From Spirochaetia bacterium (lineage in GTDB: Bacteria; Spirochaetota; Spirochaetia; UBA9216), in the NCBI GenBank assembly GCA_963675665.1, contig OY776510.1:1536001-1600000 (forward strand): a DNA stretch of 64,000 bases. Reading direction: 5' to 3'. Positions 36,918 to 45,758 of this stretch are shown here, piece after piece. The notes beneath the pieces are model-generated. The model did no database searches, was not told the origin of the DNA, and worked only from the letters and a program-made list of their open reading frames with translations. Every line of letters starts with the position of its first letter. Positions within the stretch are counted from its first letter, which is position 1. Both the position numbers and the translations under genes were made by a program.

Positions 36918-38509
36918 AGATTATCTACAGCAGCCTGCTCAATCGGAAGGCCGGCATGATATCTCTTATAAAATTTATTGAAACCTTCAACATCTTTCGG
37001 ATCAGGCTTGACGGTGCTGCCGGTGTCTGAACCGAAAACCCCGGACAGGAAGTCAGGCAGTGACAGGGATGAATCTTCTCTGCCGGCAAATGCCGCCAGA
37101 AGCGCTATTCCCCAGGCTCCTCCTTCACCGGCTGTTTCCAGAACCGTAACCGGGGTTCCGGTTGCTGCAGCCATTATTCTTTCTCCGACTCCTTTGGTTT
37201 TGAAAAATCCACCGTGCCCGTTTATTTCGTCTACCGTGACATTTTCTTCATTAAAAAGAATTTCCAGGCCGGTACGCAATGCACAAAGGGATGTAAACAA
37301 TTGGGCCCTGATTATATTTGCCGGGGTAAAAGCAGCATCCGGTTTTCGTACAAACAGCGGTCGGCCTTCCGTGAACCCGGTCATATGCTCGCCGGAATGA
37401 TAACCGTAGGCAAGCAGTCCCCCGCAGTCGGAGTCGCCGGTGAGGGCAAGGTTCATCATTGTATCGTAAAGCTGATCAGAAGAGAACCCGGCGCCGAGAG
37501 TTTTTGCAGCGCTGCCGAAAAGCTCAATCCAGGCGCTGTATTCGGTACTGCAGTTGTTCGAGTGTGCCATACCGACGAGGTTGCCGTCGGGAGTTGTCAC
37601 AAGATCTATCTCGTGATGAAGTTTATCCAGCTCTTTTTCCAGAACAAGCATTGCGAAAACCGAGGTCCCGGCCGATACGTTTCCGGTCCGCACTTTTACA
37701 CTGTTTGTCGCAACCATGCCGGTTCCGGCATCGCCTTCCGGCGGGCAGAGTCTGATTCCTGCTTCGAGATCCCCTTCCGGATCAAGAAGCTTTGCTCCTT
37801 TTGCTGTAAGCTCTCCGGCATCAGTGCCGGCGCATAATACCTCCGGAAGAATCTCTTCGAGTTTCCGACACAGTTTTTTGCTGCCGTTAAGATTGTTGAA
37901 TTTTTCTATCATATTTTTATTGAATGTTCCGGATTCAATATCAATCGGAAACATTCCTGAAGCATCGCCGACTCCGATTACCCTGCGACCGCTCAGCTTG
38001 TAGTGGACCCAGCCGGCCAGCGTGTTGACGGTTGATATTTTATCAATATGTTCTTCATTATTGAGAATAGCCTGCTGCAGATGGGCAATGCTCCAGCGTT
38101 GAGGTATCGGGTATTGAAACAGCTCTGATAGTTCTTCAGCGGCTGCACCGGTTATATTATTTCTCCATGTTCTGAACGGAACCAGAAGATTATCATTATT
38201 GTCGAAAGCAAGGTATCCGTGCATCATGGCGCTGATGCCCAAAGCCTTTGCCCTGGTGAGAACAATCCCGTATTTGTTCTTTATGTCGTTTTTCAGATCA
38301 ATGTAGCATGCCTGAAGTCCGTTCCAGATTTCTTCTTCAGCATAGGACCAGATTCCGTTTACCTGTGAATTTTCCCAGCCGAAACCGCCTGAAGCCAGTG
38401 GTGTTCCGTCCCGGGTTATGAGAACTGCTTTGATACGGGTTGAGCCAAGCTCTATTCCGATGTAAGTATTTCCGTCTTTGATATTCTCTATAATTTCTGA
38501 CCTGGTCAT
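36914..38509 (-). CDS. araB: FGGY-family L-ribulokinase (xylulokinase-like AraB/AraK type)
   Basis: IELGSTRIKAVLI, SAMMHGY, PPEGDAGTGM, SAGTSVF, EGGAWG; divergent from araD-araA. Start is ATG 38509 after AGGGAG. Confidence 0.85.
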   Translation of the reverse strand: MTRSEIIENIKDGNTYIGIELGSTRIKAVLITRDGTPLASGGFGWENSQVNGIWSYAEEEIWNGLQACYIDLKNDIKNKYGIVLTRAKALGISAMMHGYLAFDNNDNLLVPFRTWRNNITGAAAEELSELFQYPIPQRWSIAHLQQAILNNEEHIDKISTVNTLAGWVHYKLSGRRVIGVGDASGMFPIDIESGTFNKNMIEKFNNLNGSKKLCRKLEEILPEVLCAGTDAGELTAKGAKLLDPEGDLEAGIRLCPPEGDAGTGMVATNSVKVRTGNVSAGTSVFAMLVLEKELDKLHHEIDLVTTPDGNLVGMAHSNNCSTEYSAWIELFGSAAKTLGAGFSSDQLYDTMMNLALTGDSDCGGLLAYGYHSGEHMTGFTEGRPLFVRKPDAAFTPANIIRAQLFTSLCALRTGLEILFNEENVTVDEINGHGGFFKTKGVGERIMAAATGTPVTVLETAGEGGAWGIALLAAFAGREDSSLSLPDFLSGVFGSDTGSTVKPDPKDVEGFNKFYKRYHAGLPIEQAAVDNL

Positions 38510-38525
38510 AATTTCTCCCTTAAAA

Positions 38526-38624
38526 GCGTTATCGATAACGCATTTTAATATTATTACAGAGTATTTGTCAAATTTTATTTGACAGCACAGGGAAATCATA
38601 ATAGAATTGCGTTAACGATAACGC
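38526..38624. promoter_or_regulatory. Divergent promoters, each followed by a LacI-type operator
   Basis: GCGTTATCGATAACGC (38526-38541, perfect) and GCGTTAACGATAACGC (38609-38624). Plus strand TTGACA 38579, N17, TAGAAT. Minus strand TTGACA (38571-38566), N18, TAAAAT. Confidence 0.85.
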
Positions 38625-38636
38625 AAATGAGGGGTT

Positions 38637-39695
38637 ATGGCAACAATCAAGGATATTGCAAAAGCTGCCGGTGTCTCTATAGGCACAGTCGACAGAATAA
38701 TACATAACAGGGGCAGGTTTTCTGAAGAAACAGCGCGGCGAGTCAGAGAGTTGATGAATGAGATGGAGTATTCTCCCAACATTCATGCAAGAGGCCTGAA
38801 GAAAACCCGCAAGTATTCGTTCACAGCTGTTATACCCGAGGTATGGCAGGATGCAGGGTACTGGAGCATCGTGGCCGAAGGTATCAAACGTGCATCCTCC
38901 GAACTTTCAACGATCTGTGATGACATTCAACTGTTTCATTTCGACAGGTATTCTGCCGAATCCTGTATCGATGTCCTGTCGAAAATTTTTTTGTTAAAAA
39001 CCGACGGATTGCTTATTGCCCCCGTGTTTCCGGAAAATGTAGTAAAAATCCTCTCTGAAGCTGACGTTCCCTATATTTTTATAGATACAGATGTTCCTGA
39101 TATTTCCAGAAAGATTTCTTTTATAGGGCAGGATTCTTTTCAAAGCGGGGTACTGTCCGGAAAGCTTATGTCTCTGATGATCGGAAGAAACAAGAATTCA
39201 GGCAACCGGATGATAATTGTGGAACCTCCCGGCAGTGATTTTCATCTGAAAAGCCGGATAGACGGATTTACTGTATATTTGAATGAAAATGTTCCGGAAC
39301 TTGATATTTATCATTTAAAAATATCTTCAGACAAAGAGCCGGAATATCATAATGCGTTGAAAACCTGTCTCAGCGGGATCAACGGGCTGCCGGCAGGCAT
39401 TTTTGCTGCTAATTCTTCTGTTTATCACGTAGCTTCATATCTTAAACAGACGGGCGAACCTTACCGTTCGGTTCCGGTTATCGGTTATGATTTGATACCC
39501 GGTCGCGAATCATTGATTGAAGATGAAACAATCAATTTCATTCTGACGCAGCAGCCTGAACAGCAGGCATATCGGGGAATAATGATGCTTTATGATTCAA
39601 TAGTTCTTAATAAAACAGTGAACAAAAATGTAATTGTTCCGTTGAACATAATCACAAGAGAAAATCTTCATACCTTTGGAGAAAATTTCGGATAA
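38637..39695 (+). CDS. LacI-family regulator of the ara genes
   Basis: ATIKDIAKAAGVSIGTVDRIIHNR; periplasmic-binding-like C-domain. Confidence 0.93.
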   Translation: MATIKDIAKAAGVSIGTVDRIIHNRGRFSEETARRVRELMNEMEYSPNIHARGLKKTRKYSFTAVIPEVWQDAGYWSIVAEGIKRASSELSTICDDIQLFHFDRYSAESCIDVLSKIFLLKTDGLLIAPVFPENVVKILSEADVPYIFIDTDVPDISRKISFIGQDSFQSGVLSGKLMSLMIGRNKNSGNRMIIVEPPGSDFHLKSRIDGFTVYLNENVPELDIYHLKISSDKEPEYHNALKTCLSGINGLPAGIFAANSSVYHVASYLKQTGEPYRSVPVIGYDLIPGRESLIEDETINFILTQQPEQQAYRGIMMLYDSIVLNKTVNKNVIVPLNIITRENLHTFGENFG

Positions 39696-39709
39696 ACAGG
39701 GGTGTAGAA

Positions 39710-40420
39710 ATGAGTGAATATTCACAACTGAAAAAGAAGGTACTTGAATGTAATAAGGATATCCAGAAATACGGGCTGGCAATCTTTACCTGGGGGAATG
39801 TAAGTGCTGTCGACAGGGATAAAAAATGTATTGCTATTAAGCCAAGCGGGGTTTCTTATGACGACCTTACTGAAGATGATATTGTTGTTGTCGGCCTGGA
39901 CGGTGAAATTATTGAAGGTAATAAAAATCCGTCTTCCGATACGAATACCCATCTTGTTTTATATAATACCTTTGAAACAATAGGCGGGGTAGTTCATACG
40001 CATTCTACTTATGCGACAGGGTGGGCGCAAACCTGTACCGGTATTCCGATTTATGGAACTACCCACGCGGACCATCTTACCCAGGCTGTTCCATGCACTG
40101 AAATAATGCGTGATGAGCAGATTGAGGGCGACTATGAAACCGAAACCGGGATTCAGATTGTCGAAACCTTTAAAGAATTGAATCCGCAGGAAATCGAGAT
40201 GGTGCTTGTTGCCTGTCACGGACCGTTCACCTGGGGGAAAACTCCCGAAAAAGCCTTGTATAACGCTGTTGTTCTTGAGGAAATGGCAAGAATGGCATTT
40301 GTCACACATACGGTAAAGCCCGATACGCCCGAATTGAAGGCAAGTCTGAGGGCCAAACACTATTACAGGAAACACGGAAAAAATGCCTATTACGGGCAGA
40401 ATCAGGAGGAAATAAAATGA
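39710..40420 (+). CDS. araD: L-ribulose-5-phosphate 4-epimerase
   Basis: FTWGNVS, IKPSGV.Y, PSSDT.TH, VHTHS, GTTHAD, HGPFTWG, HG.NAYYGQ. Confidence 0.96.
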   Translation: MSEYSQLKKKVLECNKDIQKYGLAIFTWGNVSAVDRDKKCIAIKPSGVSYDDLTEDDIVVVGLDGEIIEGNKNPSSDTNTHLVLYNTFETIGGVVHTHSTYATGWAQTCTGIPIYGTTHADHLTQAVPCTEIMRDEQIEGDYETETGIQIVETFKELNPQEIEMVLVACHGPFTWGKTPEKALYNAVVLEEMARMAFVTHTVKPDTPELKASLRAKHYYRKHGKNAYYGQNQEEIK

Positions 40421-41904
40421 TCGAAGAGAAAAAAAAATTATGGTTTATAGTAGGCAGCCAGCATCTGTACGGAGAAGAAACGCTGAATCAGGTTGCTGAA
40501 CATTCAGTAAAGATTGTAGAAGGGTTAAACGGTTCAAAAAAAACAGGTTATGAGATTATCCTGAAGCCTGTTCTGACCACAGCGGATCAGATTTACCGGA
40601 CAATTGTCGAAGCGGGAGCGGATGAAAACTGTATCGGGCTTATTGCCTGGATGCATACTTTTTCACCAGCAAAAATGTGGATAAAAGGGTTAAAAAGCCT
40701 GACAAAGCCGCTGCTTCATCTTCATACGCAGTTTAACCGTGAAATACCATGGGATAAAATTGATATGGATTTTATGAACCTGAACCAGTCCGCTCACGGA
40801 GGGCGGGAATTCGGTTATATAAATACCCGGATGGGAATAAACCGCAAGGTTATAACCGGTTTCTGGCAGGATGAAAAGGTCCAGAAGCAGGTAGGTGCGT
40901 GGGCTGCCGTAGCTGCCGCTGTTTATGAAAGCCGGAACATGAAGGTAGCCAGATTCGGCGACAATATGCGCGACGTCGCTGTGACCGAAGGCAACAAGGT
41001 AAGTTCCCAGATAGATTTTGGATATGAAGTTCACGGTTTTGGAATAGGCGATATAACAGCTTATATTGAACAGGTGTCTGATTCTGAAATTGAGGATCTG
41101 GCTGCAGGATATATTGAACAATATTCAACTGTTGATTCCCTGAAAAAGGGCGGGGCTGCTTACAGCTCACTGATTGAAGCATTGAGACTTGAGGCTGGAA
41201 TTGAAAATTTTCTTGTAGACGGCGGATTTAAAGCCTTTACCACAACATTTGAGAACCTGCACGGTCTTAAGCAGCTGCCGGGACTTACTGCCCAGATCCT
41301 TATGGGCAAGGGTTACGGCTTCGGGGCTGAAGGCGACTGGAAAACAGCTGCCCTGCTTAGAACGATGAAAGTTATGGGGAGCGCAGGAACGGGCGGAACT
41401 TCTTTTATTGAAGATTATACATATCATTTTAACGGAGAAGACTCTCTTGTCCTGGGATCTCATATGCTTGAAGTCTGTCCCTCTATTGCCGGCGGCCCTG
41501 TAAGCATGGAGGTTCATCCTTTGGGTATCGGCGGAAAAGAGGACCCGGTACGGCTTGTTTTCAATGTTTCTGCAGGAAACGCCCTGAATGCCACGATGAT
41601 AGATCTCGGCAAGCGTTTCAGACTTGTTGTGAATGAGCTTGAGGTCGTGGAACCTCCTTCCGGATTTCCAAAACTTCCTGTTGCCCGTGCCTTGTGGAAG
41701 CCGATGCCGAATCTTGAGGTCGGTGCAAATGCCTGGATCTATGCAGGAGGCGCTCATCACTCTGTATTCAGCCAGTCTGTAACATCGGATCAGCTCAGGA
41801 CCTTCGCCGACCTCTGCGGAGTCGAAGTTGTCGTTATCGATAAAGATACGAAATTAAACGATTTCAGAAATGAACTGCGCTGGAATGAGGCTTATTTCGG
41901 ATAG
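40417..41904 (+). CDS. araA: L-arabinose isomerase
   Basis: GSQHLYG, WMHTFSPAKMW, MNLNQSAHG.RE, GFGAEGDWK, HMLEVCP, GGAHH. Confidence 0.98.
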   Translation: MIEEKKKLWFIVGSQHLYGEETLNQVAEHSVKIVEGLNGSKKTGYEIILKPVLTTADQIYRTIVEAGADENCIGLIAWMHTFSPAKMWIKGLKSLTKPLLHLHTQFNREIPWDKIDMDFMNLNQSAHGGREFGYINTRMGINRKVITGFWQDEKVQKQVGAWAAVAAAVYESRNMKVARFGDNMRDVAVTEGNKVSSQIDFGYEVHGFGIGDITAYIEQVSDSEIEDLAAGYIEQYSTVDSLKKGGAAYSSLIEALRLEAGIENFLVDGGFKAFTTTFENLHGLKQLPGLTAQILMGKGYGFGAEGDWKTAALLRTMKVMGSAGTGGTSFIEDYTYHFNGEDSLVLGSHMLEVCPSIAGGPVSMEVHPLGIGGKEDPVRLVFNVSAGNALNATMIDLGKRFRLVVNELEVVEPPSGFPKLPVARALWKPMPNLEVGANAWIYAGGAHHSVFSQSVTSDQLRTFADLCGVEVVVIDKDTKLNDFRNELRWNEAYFG

Positions 41905-41921
41905 TCAGTTTCAGTAAATAC

Positions 41922-41970
41922 GATCACGGATGCGGAAGAATAATCTTTCTGTCCGTGATCCTTCTGTTTT
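41922..41970 (+). terminator. Terminator after araA
   Basis: GATCACGGA...TCCGTGATC stem followed by a T-rich tail. Confidence 0.65.
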
Positions 41971-42052
41971 ATTATTAATTATATTCCGTTGACAGATGAT
42001 TTGGATTAGTGATAGGTTTGTTTAAAGTTAATATAAAAAGCAGGAGAAAAAA

Positions 42053-42736
42053 ATGATTAAAAAAATCTCGGGTATTGTCTCGACAGTGTTAATCGTGGCA
42101 ATTATTACAAGTTGTGCTTCGGTAATACATACATGGGAAACATATCCAATCGGAACAGATCTCGAAGTCAGGGAAAAGAGAATAGTTTACGTTGCGCCTG
42201 TGGAAGATCTCAGGAGTTCCAATATCACGGTGGCTACAGAAGAGCCTGTTCCGGGTGATATCTGCAAGATCAATGAGTATAATCAGATCTTTTATGTAGA
42301 AGACCCCGAAATGCAGAAAGCAACAGCATTTCTGGCGTCGGCGATAAAGCAGGACCTGCGCGACGCCGGTTTTGAGCTTACAACCATTGAAAGTCAGGCA
42401 GATTTTGTATTGAAAACCGGTTTAATCTCAATGGAAGCAAGCAAACTTAGAAATATGGGCAGCGCCGTGCTTGCAAGTGTTTTATTGCTTCCGACATTTG
42501 GAGCGTCCATGTATTTTATAAAGGATGATGTTGAAGCCTTGTGTACCTTCAAGACTTCGATCGTGGATAAAGATTCAGGCAAGGAAGTAAGTTCCCGTGA
42601 ATACACCTGTTCTGAAAAGCAGAAACAGAGAGTATTTATTGAGGGTAAAATTTTAAATCCCGGTTATTTCCTGTCCAAATGTATAAAGAGCAACGTTCAG
42701 CAGCTAATCTCGGAACTTATTACAGTTTCCGAATGA
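42053..42736 (+). CDS. Lipoprotein of unknown function (YajG-like alpha/beta fold possible)
   Basis: Lipobox ITSC; own TTGACA at 41989; AGGAG RBS. Confidence 0.7.
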   Translation: MIKKISGIVSTVLIVAIITSCASVIHTWETYPIGTDLEVREKRIVYVAPVEDLRSSNITVATEEPVPGDICKINEYNQIFYVEDPEMQKATAFLASAIKQDLRDAGFELTTIESQADFVLKTGLISMEASKLRNMGSAVLASVLLLPTFGASMYFIKDDVEALCTFKTSIVDKDSGKEVSSREYTCSEKQKQRVFIEGKILNPGYFLSKCIKSNVQQLISELITVSE

Positions 42737-42741
42737 TGAAT

Positions 42742-42782
42742 GGCCTCTCGAATAATCCTATATCGGTGTTATAGGAGATGCC
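42742..42782. repeat. Short imperfect inverted-repeat element, possibly an IS-end or MITE relic
   Basis: GGCCTCTCGAATAA...TTATAGGAGATGCC; arms match at 11 of 14 positions. Confidence 0.35.
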
Positions 42783-42795
42783 GCATTATAATAAT

Positions 42796-42830
42796 TCACC
42801 GGACGGTAATTCCCCGGCCGGTGAGTTTAT
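42796..42830 (+). terminator. Terminator-like hairpin
   Basis: TCACCGG...CCGGTGA followed by GTTTAT. Confidence 0.5.
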
Positions 42831-42926
42831 CTCTTAAACTTTATAATTCGTTAGCAGCCGGTTTTTCTGTTTAAATCCGCAGTTATACTCTTTCCAGGTT
42901 AATTTACAAATTTTGTAAATTTTCCC

Positions 42927-42995
42927 TTGCCAAATAGTAAATGTCAATTTATAATTGCGTTAACGTACACGTTAGATGCCGTGTACGTTAACGTG
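42927..42995 (+). promoter_or_regulatory. GH51 gene promoter with two inverted LacI-type operators
   Basis: TTGCCA, N17, TATAAT (42950). CGTTAACGTACACG (42958-42971) and its exact reverse complement (42980-42993). Confidence 0.85.
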
Positions 42996-43025
42996 AATTG
43001 TGTTAGATATCAGCGGGAGGTCTTT

Positions 43026-44540
43026 ATGGCTGTAATAAGAATAGACGGACGACGAACAATAGGTACTGTGGACAGAAAAATCTTCTCGGGTTTTGTTGAA
43101 CATCTGGGAAGATGTATTTACGGCGGTCTGTTTGAAAAGGATTCTCCGTTGGCCGACGAATACGGATTTAGACAGGATGTTACAGAGGCGCTGAAGGCGC
43201 TGAACCCGCCGGTTCTGAGATGGCCGGGAGGTAATTTCGTAAGTAATTACCACTGGACAGACGGAATCGGTCCGGTGGAAAAGCGTCCTGCAAGACTGGA
43301 GCTGGCATGGTTTCTGACTGAATCCAATATTATCGGAACCGATGAGTTTTTACGGTGGTGTGAGAGAGAAGGTTATGAGCCGTACATTTGTGTTAATATG
43401 GGTTCAGGCACTCTCGATGAAGCACAGTCCTGGGTGGAATACTGCAACGGGACCAAAGATACATACTGGGCGAATCTAAGAAGAAAAAACGGGCACCCGG
43501 AGCCCTACAATGTAAAGAAATGGGCGCTCGGAAATGAAATGTACGGAGAGTACCAGGTTGGTCAGCTTTCGGCTGAAGAGTATGTGAAAAAGGCGCGTTC
43601 CTTTGCAAAAGTAATGTACCGGACCGACAACAGTCTTGAATTTGTATCATGCGGTAAAGACGGCATCAGCCCCTGGGACAGAACAGTACTTGAGGGATTG
43701 GCGGATCTTGTCAGATATCACTCGATACATATTTATACCGGCTCACCGGATTACTGGACTAACGTTCTTGCGCCTCACCAGGCTGAAAGATGTCTCAGAT
43801 CCATGAGAGCTGTCATTGATGATGTTACCAGGCGCCTGGGAATCAAACATGAGATTAAGGTTGCATATGACGAATGGAATGTCTGGTACAGGTATACCGA
43901 GGGAGTTTTTGAACCTTCAGACCAGCCGCCGCTCGAAGAGCATTACGATTTTTCAGATGCGCTTGCTGTTGCAACATATCTTAATATTTTTATCCGGCAT
44001 TGTAAAACTGTAGGAATGGCAAATCTTGCCCAGATGGTTAATGTTATCGCTCCTATTTTCACAAATAAAGAAGGTATGTTTCTGCAGACTATCTATCATC
44101 CGATACAACTGATTTCCAGGTATACCGAGAAAATTGCCCTGGATGTTTTCGTCGACGGACCTGTTCATGATATGACCGAATCTGATGAAACTTCCCACTG
44201 GCTGTGGCCTCAGCCTGTATTCGATCTCGGTCCTTTTCAGATTCTTGATGTATCAGCAACTAAAAGTGAAGACGGCAAAACACTTGTTCTGTCTGTTGTA
44301 AACAGAGATTCTGAAAACGATGTTAAAGCAGATGTGCAAATCAGGGATCTGGTCATGAAAGGCACTGCAAATGTTTCGACATATAAAAGCGATGATCCAT
44401 ACATTAAAAATGATTTTGAAAATCCTGAATCAGTAATACCGGAAGAACGCACTGTTGATGTAAGCGGCACAGTTCTTGAGTATAATTTCCCGGCCTGCTC
44501 GCTCTCTATTATCAGAATACCTGTTGAGCCGGCTTTATAA
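43026..44540 (+). CDS. abfA: GH51 alpha-L-arabinofuranosidase (cytoplasmic)
   Basis: FVEHLGRCIYGG, RWPGGNFVS, LGNEM, YDEWNVW, ANLAQ.VNVI. ATG 43026 after GGGAGG; no signal peptide. Confidence 0.95.
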   Translation: MAVIRIDGRRTIGTVDRKIFSGFVEHLGRCIYGGLFEKDSPLADEYGFRQDVTEALKALNPPVLRWPGGNFVSNYHWTDGIGPVEKRPARLELAWFLTESNIIGTDEFLRWCEREGYEPYICVNMGSGTLDEAQSWVEYCNGTKDTYWANLRRKNGHPEPYNVKKWALGNEMYGEYQVGQLSAEEYVKKARSFAKVMYRTDNSLEFVSCGKDGISPWDRTVLEGLADLVRYHSIHIYTGSPDYWTNVLAPHQAERCLRSMRAVIDDVTRRLGIKHEIKVAYDEWNVWYRYTEGVFEPSDQPPLEEHYDFSDALAVATYLNIFIRHCKTVGMANLAQMVNVIAPIFTNKEGMFLQTIYHPIQLISRYTEKIALDVFVDGPVHDMTESDETSHWLWPQPVFDLGPFQILDVSATKSEDGKTLVLSVVNRDSENDVKADVQIRDLVMKGTANVSTYKSDDPYIKNDFENPESVIPEERTVDVSGTVLEYNFPACSLSIIRIPVEPAL

Positions 44541-44595
44541 AGGGCTTTTGTTTTGACGGGATCTTTCAGGTGGAGCTGTAGAAACAGGAGTTTCT

Positions 44596-44611
44596 ACGTG
44601 TACGTAAACGC
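44596..44611. promoter_or_regulatory. LacI-type operator upstream of the SBP gene
   Basis: ACGTGTACGTAAACGC, same family as the 42958 and 42980 sites. Confidence 0.7.
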
Positions 44612-44687
44612 TGTAAATGGTAATTGATCCGCAAAAACGGATTGTATTATATAGCAAGGGCAAGTAGCCCGAATAAGGAGGAATGCT

Positions 44688-45695
44688 ATGATTATAAAGA
44701 AAAAGAATGTTTTCTTTATTGCTTTGGTTGTATTGATGGTACTTCCAATGATGCTTATGGCCGGTGGAAACCAGGAAGTTTCGGCAGGAAATAACGGGGG
44801 TCTTCCTGTTCTTGAACAGAAAGATGCATATGTGATTGGTTTTTCTGCTCAGCAGTCAGACCACCCCTGGACTAATGCCCTTAATGATTCGATTAAAAAT
44901 GAAGGGACAAAAAGAGGGAATAAAGTAATAATGACCGATGCGCAGGGATCCACTGCCAAGCAGATGGCTGACGTAGAATCACTTATTGCACAGGGTGTTG
45001 ATGTAATTGTAATTACTCCCCGTGAAGAAAGACCTCTTGCTGAAGTTACTCTGAAGGCGAAAGAAGCCGGAATCCCTGTTTTTATAGTCGACAGAAATGT
45101 AGATCAGAGTGTTGCCCAGGCAGGTGTTGATTATGTTGCATTTATCGGTTCTGATTTTGTCGAAGAAGGTCGAATGGCAGGACGATGGCTTGTTGATCAG
45201 CTTGGCGGAAAAGGCGATATAATTGAGCTTTCAGGTACAACAGGTTCTTCAGCAGCAGACGACAGGGGCACAGGTTTTCGAGAGACTCTTGAAGGATCAG
45301 AAATCAACATCGTAGCCAGTCAGGATGGAGATTTTGTCAGAGATAAGGGCAGACGTAATATGGAAGCCCTTATTCAGCAGTATCCTGATATTGACGCAGT
45401 ATTTGCTCACAATGATGAAATGGCTCTCGGGGCGATAACAGCTCTGCAGGCCGCGGGTGTTGCTCCCGGAAAGGATCTGATCGTGGTTTCTGTTGACGGA
45501 CAGCGCGAAGCGCTTGAAGCTATTATTGACGGAACTCTTGGTGCTACCGCCGAATGCAATCCTAGATTCGGAAAAGCTGTTTATGATGCTATTGAAGCTT
45601 ATGCTGCAGGAGAATCTATTGCTCCGATGATGGTTAACAAAGATAACTTTTACGACAGCTCCAATGCTAAAGCTGAGTTACCGAACGCTTTCTAA
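44688..45695 (+). CDS. Sugar ABC SBP (YtfQ-like, furanose-binding type)
   Basis: Signal ...MAGGNQE; TDAQ...AKQ, DR.VD, IGSDF.EEG, Q.GDF.R..G, HNDEMALGA, ECNP.FG. Confidence 0.88.
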   Translation: MIIKKKNVFFIALVVLMVLPMMLMAGGNQEVSAGNNGGLPVLEQKDAYVIGFSAQQSDHPWTNALNDSIKNEGTKRGNKVIMTDAQGSTAKQMADVESLIAQGVDVIVITPREERPLAEVTLKAKEAGIPVFIVDRNVDQSVAQAGVDYVAFIGSDFVEEGRMAGRWLVDQLGGKGDIIELSGTTGSSAADDRGTGFRETLEGSEINIVASQDGDFVRDKGRRNMEALIQQYPDIDAVFAHNDEMALGAITALQAAGVAPGKDLIVVSVDGQREALEAIIDGTLGATAECNPRFGKAVYDAIEAYAAGESIAPMMVNKDNFYDSSNAKAELPNAF

Positions 45696-45711
45696 ATTAT
45701 TTTAAATCTAT

Positions 45712-45741
45712 AAAAACGGGCAGCTTTTGCTGTCCGTTTTT
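45712..45741 (+). terminator. Hairpin/terminator after the SBP gene
   Basis: AAAAACGGGCAGC-TTTT-GCTGTCCGTTTTT. Confidence 0.75.
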
Positions 45742-45758
45742 ATGCTTTGGTGTGTATA

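Noticed and set aside
42901-42921. Perfect AT-rich inverted repeat AATTTACAAA-T-TTTGTAAATT upstream of the abfA -35
   Set aside because: Single low-complexity copy. It could be an activator site, but no second instance or matching regulator was found, and it does not fit a Rex box.
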